Below, one piece after another: positions 56,663 through 64,000 of a DNA stretch of 64,000 nucleotides. Location of the stretch: contig JBMFWF010000001.1 of NCBI GenBank assembly GCA_049965555.1, positions 32,001 to 96,000 on the forward strand, in the 5' to 3' direction. A model generated the notes under the pieces. It did no database searches, was not told where the DNA came from, and saw only the letters and a program-made list of their open reading frames with translations. Source of the stretch: Candidatus Parvarchaeum sp. GTDB lineage: Archaea; Nanobdellota; Nanobdellia; Parvarchaeales; Parvarchaeaceae. Each line of letters begins with the position of its first letter. Within the stretch, counting starts at the first letter, position 1. The translations under genes were made by a program, and so were the position numbers.

Positions 56663-59386
56663 ATGTCAAAATATGAATTTGAAGAAATAGAAGACAAGTG
56701 GAGAAAAATATACGAAGAGAAAAAGCTTTATGAAGCTGACGCTGACGAAAATAGGGAAAAATTCTTTGTAACCGTTCCTGTTATGTATCCTGACGGAAGG
56801 CTGCACACAGGGCATATGTATACCTGGACCAGAGCTGACATATTTGCAAGATTTCAAAGAATGAAAGGAAAGAATGTTCTTTTCCCGCAAGGCTTCCACA
56901 TGACCGGCGGGCCGATGGCAGGGATGTCTCTGCGTTTGAAAAACAGGGACGAGAAAGCAATAAAGATAATGAAAGACCAAGGAGCAAATGAAGAAGACAT
57001 AAAGAGATTTGCAGACAATCCTTTAGAGTTGGGTTTATTCTTTGGAAAGACATACAAAAGCGACTTTAATTTAGTAGGAACATCGATAGACTGGAGAAGA
57101 AACTTTATACTGTCATACACTGAACAATATTCTAAATTCGTTGAATGGCAGTTCCGTAAACTAAGAGAACTTGGATATATAACACAAGGAAGCCACCCTG
57201 TTGTATGGTGCCCCAGGGAAAACACCTCTCTTGGTGACCATGACAGAGCTGAAGGAGAAGGAGAAAGCCCACAGGAATTCACCATAATCAAATTTAAAGC
57301 AGATAACTTAATACTTCCAGCAGCCACATTGAGGCCTGAAACGGTATATGGGGTAAGCAACCTTTGGGTAAACGACAAAGGCCAATACAAGAAGGTTAGA
57401 TTTTCCAATGGTGAAGAATGGATCGTTTCAAAGGAATTCACTGAAAAATTGCCATTTCAAAAGAACGTGGCAGAAAAAATAGAAGATTTTAATATTTCAG
57501 AACTTATAGGAAAAACGACAGTGAATCCAGTAAACAATGAAGAGATACCGATAATAAACGCAGAATTTGTGAAAACGGACAGGAATACTGGAATAGTAAT
57601 GAGTGTGCCGATGCATGCTCCTTTTGATTACATTTATTACAACAAGAAGAAGAAAGAAATCAAACTGAAAGAACCGCGCAAGATAATAGAGGTTAAAACA
57701 AACCCCAACTTGATGGAAGAAGCAATCAAACGCTTTGGAACAGCAGATGAAAAGGGACTTGAAAACGCGACTAAATATGTGTATAAAACTGAATTCAACT
57801 ATGGAATACTAAATGACAGCAATGGCCCACTAAGCGGAAAACCAGTAAAAGAGGCAAAAGAATATGCAATAGCGCTTATCAAAGATAAGAATGCTTACGA
57901 TAAATTCTACGAAACGTCTGGTGAAGTGATATGCAGATGCGGCGCTAAAGGGCTTATAAAACTTGTAGAGAACCAATGGTTCATAAGGTATTCCGACAAG
58001 CAACTTAAAGAAAAGACAATAGACTGGATAGAAAAAATGGATATAAGGCCTGAAGAAGCAAAGGCACAGATAATAAATGCCGTATATAACATGGAAGACA
58101 AAGCTGCAACTAGAAACGGGGGATTAGGTACCCCACTGCCTTGGGACAAAAACTGGCTTATAGAACCTCTCAGTGACTCTACAATCTACATGGCTTACTA
58201 TACTTTTGCACATATCATAAAAGACATGAAACCAGAGGAAATAACGGATGAAATGTTCGACTACATACTTTTGGACAAAAACCCTGACAAGAAATTCTCT
58301 GAAAGCATTGAAAAAATGAAGAAAGAATTTGAGTATTGGTATCCATTGGATTTAAGGGTTACAGCAAAAGAACTTATAACAAACCACATTGCTTTCTTCA
58401 TAATGACGCATGTTGCAATCTTCAACAAAGACAAATGGCCAAGAGGTCTCGGGATAAATGGGTGGCTTACTGTAAACGGAAAGAAGATGAGCAAGTCAAA
58501 GGGAAACACGATGACGATAGATTATGTGGTAAACAATTATGGGGCAGATTCCGCCAGATTGATAGCATCGGCATCAAACGGAATGGACGACGCTGCTTGG
58601 GATTTAAACAACATAAATGGCTTCAAGCAGAAGATAGAATTCATACTAGAGCTTACTGAAATAATCGATAGCTTCTCTGATGAAAGAAAACTTGTAGATG
58701 AATTCTTATTATCAAAAATAAACTACCTGATAGAAAACAGCGAAAAGGAATACAATTCAATGAAATACAAAAACTCATTAAATTATTCATTCTTTGAATT
58801 CATAGAAAACATAAAAAACTACATAGACTATGGGGGAAGTAACAAAGATACCTTGAAGTATGCAATAACTGTTTTTTCAAAACTCAACCACCCTCTGTTT
58901 CCATTCGTAACTGAGGAGATAAATAATGCTTTGAATAAAGGAGAGCTTTTGGAAAGGTACCAGAGCTGGCCTGAGGTAAAGGAGGAGTACAAAAATGAGC
59001 TTGTTGAAAATGAATTCGAGGTGCTGAAGCAGACTATAGCAGATATAAACAACCTTGTAAATCTGGTAAACAAAGATCCAAAGGAGATAATAATAGGGAT
59101 AGCTGAAAAAGAAAAATTTGATATATACAATAAAATAGAGGAAATAACCCATGAGAGCAGGGATTTAAAAGAAATAAGAAAGGAAGTTCCTGCAAACGAA
59201 TTCGTGAACAAACTACTCAAAAACCCAAAGAGGCTGCCAAACAAAAAACTTGACTATGAGCTTGAAAAGAAGGTCTTTATCGAATCTAAAAGCAGATTAA
59301 AAGAGATGTACAATACAGAAATAAAAATAGAGGAAAGCAGCGAGAGCAAGGCATTTCCTGGGAAGCCACTTCTGATAATAAAATGA
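56663..59386 (+). CDS. leuS: Leucyl-tRNA synthetase (archaeal type)
   Basis: HTGH (HIGH), DHDR..GEG, ATLRPET, editing domain VMSVP.HAPFD and KMSKS. Confidence 0.96.
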   Translation: MSKYEFEEIEDKWRKIYEEKKLYEADADENREKFFVTVPVMYPDGRLHTGHMYTWTRADIFARFQRMKGKNVLFPQGFHMTGGPMAGMSLRLKNRDEKAIKIMKDQGANEEDIKRFADNPLELGLFFGKTYKSDFNLVGTSIDWRRNFILSYTEQYSKFVEWQFRKLRELGYITQGSHPVVWCPRENTSLGDHDRAEGEGESPQEFTIIKFKADNLILPAATLRPETVYGVSNLWVNDKGQYKKVRFSNGEEWIVSKEFTEKLPFQKNVAEKIEDFNISELIGKTTVNPVNNEEIPIINAEFVKTDRNTGIVMSVPMHAPFDYIYYNKKKKEIKLKEPRKIIEVKTNPNLMEEAIKRFGTADEKGLENATKYVYKTEFNYGILNDSNGPLSGKPVKEAKEYAIALIKDKNAYDKFYETSGEVICRCGAKGLIKLVENQWFIRYSDKQLKEKTIDWIEKMDIRPEEAKAQIINAVYNMEDKAATRNGGLGTPLPWDKNWLIEPLSDSTIYMAYYTFAHIIKDMKPEEITDEMFDYILLDKNPDKKFSESIEKMKKEFEYWYPLDLRVTAKELITNHIAFFIMTHVAIFNKDKWPRGLGINGWLTVNGKKMSKSKGNTMTIDYVVNNYGADSARLIASASNGMDDAAWDLNNINGFKQKIEFILELTEIIDSFSDERKLVDEFLLSKINYLIENSEKEYNSMKYKNSLNYSFFEFIENIKNYIDYGGSNKDTLKYAITVFSKLNHPLFPFVTEEINNALNKGELLERYQSWPEVKEEYKNELVENEFEVLKQTIADINNLVNLVNKDPKEIIIGIAEKEKFDIYNKIEEITHESRDLKEIRKEVPANEFVNKLLKNPKRLPNKKLDYELEKKVFIESKSRLKEMYNTEIKIEESSESKAFPGKPLLIIK

Positions 59387-59547
59387 AATGGACTTACTTA
59401 ACAGCAATAAGCTTTTTGACATTGTTAATAAGCTTAATACTCATCTTTATATTCCATATATTTATATTCATACTGTTTTTATTCTTTCCATTCTTTAGTT
59501 TATTCAGGAGAAAAAATGGAAAAAGGAAGCTTAAACAAAGGTTTTGA
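59383..59547 (+). CDS. Small membrane protein, 54 aa (MKWTYLTAISFLTLLISLILIFIFHIFIFILFLFFPFFSLFRRKNGKRKLKQRF)
   Basis: Manual translation. ATGA overlap with the leuS stop, a long hydrophobic stretch and a basic tail; fills the leuS-trm5 gap. Confidence 0.6.
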   Translation: MKWTYLTAISFLTLLISLILIFIFHIFIFILFLFFPFFSLFRRKNGKRKLKQRF

Positions 59548-60325
59548 TATCATAGGGAATATAGCTATAGTCAAATTTGATGGAAAACCGACAAAAAATG
59601 AAAAGCTTTTAGCAATAAATGAAATTCTAAAAAGAAATAAGAATATCGATACAATATTTGAAAAAATAGGAATGACACATGGGGAAGAAAGAATACCAAA
59701 ATTAAGAAAGCTAATTGGTGATAAAAGCCTTGCTATATACAAGGAAAACGGCTGTTCATTTTATGTAGATGTGAAAAAAGTGTACTTTTCTCCCAGGATG
59801 GGAAGTGAAAGACTAAGAATCATAAAAAAAGTTAAAGAAGGTGAAAAAGTTTTGGACATGTTCTGTGGTGTCGGGCCATTCGCAATTCCAATAGCAAAAA
59901 AAGCAAATAAAGTGACGGCAATAGACATAAACAAAAACGCTATAAATCTATTAAAGAAAAACATCAAGCTAAACAAGGTTTCAAACATCGAATATTACTG
60001 CGGAGATTCCAGTAAAATAGTCAAAAAATTAGACGATAAATTTGACAGAGTAATAATGAATTTCCCCTTATCTGCTTATAAATTTCTCGGCGAAGCAGTA
60101 AAAAAATGCAATGAAAATGCGGTTATACACCTTTATTCGTTCATAAAAGACAGAGACACTAATGCTATAAGGAATGAAATACTAAAAGCATGCAGTAAAA
60201 GATTCAAAAAAATAAAAATAGAAGAACACAGGGCGGGGGAAGTAGCACCTTTCCTTGAAAGAATCTGTTTTGATATAACTTTAAGTGGAGCTAATCATTC
60301 GATCGCAAAAACTAATGAAAGGTAG
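59516..60325 (+). CDS. trm5: tRNA (guanine-37-N1)-methyltransferase Trm5/Taw2 family, lacking the N-terminal D1 domain
   Basis: FDIIGNIA, KENG..F.VD..KVYFSPR...ER, DMFCGVGPF and DRVIMN.P. Confidence 0.85.
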   Translation: MEKGSLNKGFDIIGNIAIVKFDGKPTKNEKLLAINEILKRNKNIDTIFEKIGMTHGEERIPKLRKLIGDKSLAIYKENGCSFYVDVKKVYFSPRMGSERLRIIKKVKEGEKVLDMFCGVGPFAIPIAKKANKVTAIDINKNAINLLKKNIKLNKVSNIEYYCGDSSKIVKKLDDKFDRVIMNFPLSAYKFLGEAVKKCNENAVIHLYSFIKDRDTNAIRNEILKACSKRFKKIKIEEHRAGEVAPFLERICFDITLSGANHSIAKTNER

Positions 60326-60346
60326 TGAGCCACAATTAATTTAAGC

Positions 60347-61324
60347 TTACTTATTGTAGTAGGAATCCCATTTTGGAGCATAAAAATCAATTTTTGGGAA
60401 ACTTACCTTAAAACCGTAACAACTGTAAACCATTATATTTTTAACATACTTCAGAAGAGACCAATTCTGCTTTTTTATTTTATTAAGGACTATGTCTGCA
60501 GCAGAAAGAGACTCGAAAAAATGGTAAAGTTCCTCTTTCTTGAGTACCTGTGGAGCCTTTTCCGCCAACCAGATCTCGAAGTTCTTTGCTTCCATATCTG
60601 ATGCAAAGTATATCTCTGTATTTTCAATTTTACCAGAAAATACTGCTGTTATTTTTTCAAATATTGAATCATCGGAATTCCTAAATGTATCTAAACTTTT
60701 AGAATTTGTTATATATATTGTGTTAAGATCGGTTATTATACTTGCGATATTCCCCTTCGCTCCTTTTACAATACTGTCGATTAAACCCTCCTGTATTTTA
60801 AGCTTGTTGTAAATAACAAGCTTTAAGGCAAAAGCCTTCAATACTCTATTATTGAGTTTGTAAAATCTTGTAATTTCATAAGCTGAAAGATACTTTTTAT
60901 ATTTGCTGCGAAATATATCGCCTGTTTCTGATTCGAAGATTATTATAGAATCGCTCGCTATTGAATTTAGCTTCTGCAGTATAGAAGGATCGACTGACAG
61001 CAGTTTTTCAATGTCCTCGATGTAGATAACCTTCTTATTCTGCTCGAAAAGCGATTTAGAAACTGCAACTTTTTTTATGCTTTCCAGAATTAGAGAAGAT
61101 ACACTCTGTGTCTCATCAACCAATTCATATAGATTTATAACCTCAAATGTGGCGTTTATTTCATTCGCAATTGCCTCTGCCAAGAAATTTTTCCCCGTTC
61201 CGGCTGGGCCATTAAATACAAACCTTGACTTTCCGTTTTTTATAGATGTTAATACCTTTCCAGAGATGCTGTTTGAGTAGTTTTCTACAAACATTTTTAT
61301 CTCTGGCTTGAACAAGGAAAGCAT
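60347..61324 (-). CDS. rfcL: Replication factor C large subunit (divergent)
   Basis: Follows rfcS; GPAGTGKN P-loop, SLF...KKVI.I and W..LKY near the C-terminus. Confidence 0.7.
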   Translation of the reverse strand: MLSLFKPEIKMFVENYSNSISGKVLTSIKNGKSRFVFNGPAGTGKNFLAEAIANEINATFEVINLYELVDETQSVSSLILESIKKVAVSKSLFEQNKKVIYIEDIEKLLSVDPSILQKLNSIASDSIIIFESETGDIFRSKYKKYLSAYEITRFYKLNNRVLKAFALKLVIYNKLKIQEGLIDSIVKGAKGNIASIITDLNTIYITNSKSLDTFRNSDDSIFEKITAVFSGKIENTEIYFASDMEAKNFEIWLAEKAPQVLKKEELYHFFESLSAADIVLNKIKKQNWSLLKYVKNIMVYSCYGFKVSFPKIDFYAPKWDSYYNK

Positions 61325-61326
61325 AT

Positions 61327-62268
61327 TTATTTAAGACTGGCCAAAAACGCAAGAAAGGCCTGAAATTGTATAAAAGGTGTTGCTCCTTCTACTATCCTAT
61401 AATCTGTCTCTGCAAGTTTCTCGAAAACGTAATTTTTTACTTTATCATTTACTATATCAGTAGTTGAGATTATGTTAAATATAGAGATTAAAAGCTCTTT
61501 CATATTTATACCACTGTCTATTATTTCCGAGAATATCTCCTTTGATTTCTTGAAATCCCCAGACAATGCAACTTTTAAACCTTCCATCGTCTTAGACACA
61601 TCCATTAAACCACTACTTTGTAGAACTGCTTTAGAGTCTATCTTTTTAGAAACATTTGAAAGTGACTGCATTAGATTAACAAGGGTTCTTAAATCACCTC
61701 TAGAAACATAATCCAACGCATCCATTGCTTCCTTGTCCACTTCCAATTTCTCGCTATCGGCAATCCTTTCTATAAACTTGTGCACGTCTTCTTTTGAAAG
61801 CGGCTGAAACCTTAGAATTGCACACCTTGACTGTAAAGGCTCTATTATGTTGCTTTGGTAATTAACGCTGAATATGAATCTACAAGTCGCACTATATTCT
61901 TCCATCATCCTACGCAGAGCCTGCTGGGCTTCCTGCGTTAAAGAATCTGCCTCATCAAAAAGAATTATCTTAAACGGTGCATCTATAGGCTTCGTCCTTG
62001 CAAATTCCTTAACTTTTCCTTGTATAACGCTTAGCTTCCTGTCGTCAGATGCATTTAACTCAATGAAATTCTGATCCCATATCTGACCAAACACTGCTTT
62101 TGCCAATACAACTGCAGAAGTTGTTTTGCCTACTCCTGGTGGGCCAGATAAAATCATATGTTGTATCTCTTTCTTTTCAGCCATTGCCTTTAATTTTTCT
62201 ACTATTTCTTTCTGCCCTATTATCTCATCAAAAGACTGCGGCCTATACTTTTCTATCCAAAGGGCCAT
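61327..62268 (-). CDS. rfcS: Replication factor C small subunit
   Basis: WIEKYRP, GPPGVGKT, ELNASD, DEAD, AQQALRR and SRC motif; no intein. Confidence 0.96.
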   Translation of the reverse strand: MALWIEKYRPQSFDEIIGQKEIVEKLKAMAEKKEIQHMILSGPPGVGKTTSAVVLAKAVFGQIWDQNFIELNASDDRKLSVIQGKVKEFARTKPIDAPFKIILFDEADSLTQEAQQALRRMMEEYSATCRFIFSVNYQSNIIEPLQSRCAILRFQPLSKEDVHKFIERIADSEKLEVDKEAMDALDYVSRGDLRTLVNLMQSLSNVSKKIDSKAVLQSSGLMDVSKTMEGLKVALSGDFKKSKEIFSEIIDSGINMKELLISIFNIISTTDIVNDKVKNYVFEKLAETDYRIVEGATPFIQFQAFLAFLASLK

Positions 62269-62270
62269 AG

Positions 62271-62981
62271 TTAGATGTCTGCAAACAGCTCTGCAGATGG
62301 ATATATTGTTATACCTGTGGCCTTTATATCTAAAGGAATGTATTTGGTTAAATGATCAGTAGATCTCATTTTTATTATTCTAAGTGCTCTTATAAATGAG
62401 CTTTGTCTTTCAACCATATAAAGGGCTATGACTCCATCAGATGCAAATTCCTCCACTCCAAACGCAGAAAGCTTGTTTTCACCATAAGGCATCTCTCCTA
62501 TGAAAATTGCAGTGCAATTCCTTGCCTTTATTATGCTTGAAATCTCTATTATGGCCTTCCTTATTGACATTATATCCGAGAAGAACATCTGTAAGTAGGT
62601 TATAGAATCGATTATCAAGCGCTGAGCACCCATTGCATCAAGCTCCGAAGAAATAACCTCTTTCATGGAATCGTAATCAACCAAAGGTATAGTGACTATC
62701 TTTATTATGCCATTATCAATGTATTCCTTTAATTTTGGATCAAAAAGAGTAAACTGTGAAATTAAATCTTCCTGACTTTCTTCAAGCGTGAAATAAAGCC
62801 CTTTCTCACCTTTCTTGGCACCATCGGCTAAAAACTGCATTGAAAATGTGGTCTTACCCGCACCCGGCGTTCCTGTAAGGAAGATTACGCTATTTTTTGG
62901 AAATCCTCCTTTCAACGCTTCATCTAATCCAGGTATCCCTGTGGATTCTCTCTCGATGTCATTTTCGTTTTTCTTTTCCAT
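62271..62981 (-). CDS. KaiC/RAD55-like (single RecA-fold) ATPase
   Basis: STGIPGLD..LKGG.P, GTPGAGKT, TLEE, LIIDS, DGVI and KMR. Confidence 0.9.
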   Translation of the reverse strand: MEKKNENDIERESTGIPGLDEALKGGFPKNSVIFLTGTPGAGKTTFSMQFLADGAKKGEKGLYFTLEESQEDLISQFTLFDPKLKEYIDNGIIKIVTIPLVDYDSMKEVISSELDAMGAQRLIIDSITYLQMFFSDIMSIRKAIIEISSIIKARNCTAIFIGEMPYGENKLSAFGVEEFASDGVIALYMVERQSSFIRALRIIKMRSTDHLTKYIPLDIKATGITIYPSAELFADI

Positions 62982-63847
62982 TAACCCTCTAAAATCATAT
63001 CTCCCATTAACTGATATTTCACCCTTATAAGAGAATTCTGGCTAAGTATCTTAGCCCACTTTTCAATTAAGTCCTTACTAACATTTAAAGATTGCGCTGC
63101 CTGTGATGTCGTAATTGAATGCTTTTCTTTGATTAACATAAGAAGTTTATTAAGAGGATTATTCGAAATTTCATTGTAATCCTCCGCATTTTTACTAGCG
63201 TTTTTACCAAAGTTAGTAGTTTCGAATATTTTCTTCTGCAGCTCAGACTGGGAGCTTAATTCGCCTGCAGGAGAAACCGCTTCCAGTGGCTGGATGACAT
63301 TCTCATTTTCCTTGCTAACAATATTCTTAGATGGCATAGCAGACTGTATCTTGTTCAGCTTAGCCTCTTTCTCCTCTATGGAAACTTTTGTATCGGTTTT
63401 AGTTCCAGGTTGTGCAACCGTTATCTTTTCTTCAGATAACTCTCCTGGCTTATAATTTGGACCGGAAGGCAATTCATGCGCGATTTTGTTGATTTTCTGC
63501 TCACGCGAAACTGCCGTATTTTTAGCTTCCTTTAAAACTGGTTGTGCAACTACTTCTTTTTCAGTGCTTTCTTGTTGCATCTTAAGCTTCTTGTCTATTC
63601 CAAACAAAGATATCTTCTTCCCAGGAGACAAATCTTCTGTTGGATTCACTTTATGAGTTAATGTGCTTGACTTTACCTTTTCCTTTGTTTCTGCAAGATC
63701 TATTTTTGGTACATCCGGTAATTCGACCCCCAATGTTGATGCAGCTCTAAATAAAGAGCTATTTATCAATGAAACATCCGAATAAATCTTATAAGAAGCA
63801 TCCAAGACATTCTGCGCTATCTGCTTTAAGTTATCCTTGCTCTCCAT
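62981..63847 (-). CDS. Hypothetical protein with a low-complexity linker and C-terminal winged helix
   Basis: C-terminal IT...AA..LNVSKDLIEKWAKIL....LI; 1-nt overlap with the KaiC-like gene. Confidence 0.7.
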   Translation of the reverse strand: MESKDNLKQIAQNVLDASYKIYSDVSLINSSLFRAASTLGVELPDVPKIDLAETKEKVKSSTLTHKVNPTEDLSPGKKISLFGIDKKLKMQQESTEKEVVAQPVLKEAKNTAVSREQKINKIAHELPSGPNYKPGELSEEKITVAQPGTKTDTKVSIEEKEAKLNKIQSAMPSKNIVSKENENVIQPLEAVSPAGELSSQSELQKKIFETTNFGKNASKNAEDYNEISNNPLNKLLMLIKEKHSITTSQAAQSLNVSKDLIEKWAKILSQNSLIRVKYQLMGDMILEG

Positions 63848-63902
63848 ACATATTACTTTAAATTAAAGGCTTAAATATATTTATCAATTCATGAATAAAG
63901 AT

Positions 63903-64000
63903 TTAAACCTTTATTGTGTTTAATTTGCTCTCTAAATTAGATATATATGATAAACTGCATACTGGCGCAGTATTATTTAAAGTCTCGCAGATCTGTGCTG
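63903..64000 (-). CDS. C-terminal fragment of a gene entering from the right edge (DUF929-like ending)
   Basis: Manual translation ...AQICETLNNTAPVCSLSYISNLESKLNTIKV*; the A.IC....N..P.VC pattern resembles DUF929 C-termini. Confidence 0.45.
   Translation of the reverse strand, partial: AQICETLNNTAPVCSLSYISNLESKLNTIKV

Noticed and set aside
38794-62268. Inteins in the usual host genes (cdc48, atpA, leuS, rfcS)
   Set aside because: All have normal lengths and uninterrupted motifs.
62271-62981. Circadian clock KaiC
   Set aside because: Single RecA domain only, with no kaiA or kaiB; this is the widespread archaeal KaiC/RAD55-like family.

Overview
A very gene-dense, AT-rich archaeal chromosome segment. 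Archaeal-type TFB, aIF5B, L35Ae, S17e, RFC and an A/V-ATPase are present, with fragmented ribosomal-protein operons, apparently leaderless genes and several class III (type IV pilin) signal peptides. This points to a DPANN archaeon; an acidophilic Parvarchaeota/ARMAN-like lineage is my inference from the Thermoplasmatales-like atpKECFABDHI operon and a DUF929-like fragment. Most of the window is housekeeping: translation and tRNA modification, Smc-ScpAB, Cdc48, ATP synthase, a nuoJKLMN membrane-arm operon, sugar-nucleotide and glycosylation genes, two large pilin-anchored surface proteins and three intronless tRNAs. I found no CRISPR array, transposase, integrase or intein. Reading the raw sequence added features missing from the ORF track: a tandem array of at least 4 tiny membrane/pilin-like genes at the left edge, rpl29, a 54-aa membrane ORF and a frameshifted HAD pseudogene. 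The most unusual observations are the micro-pilin array coupled to a 575-aa unknown protein, non-canonical T-loops in both tRNA-Thr genes, 47 bp of perfect nucleotide identity between the D1 and D2 Walker A regions of cdc48, and a stand-alone nuoJKLMN module. All family assignments come from motif recognition, not database searches.
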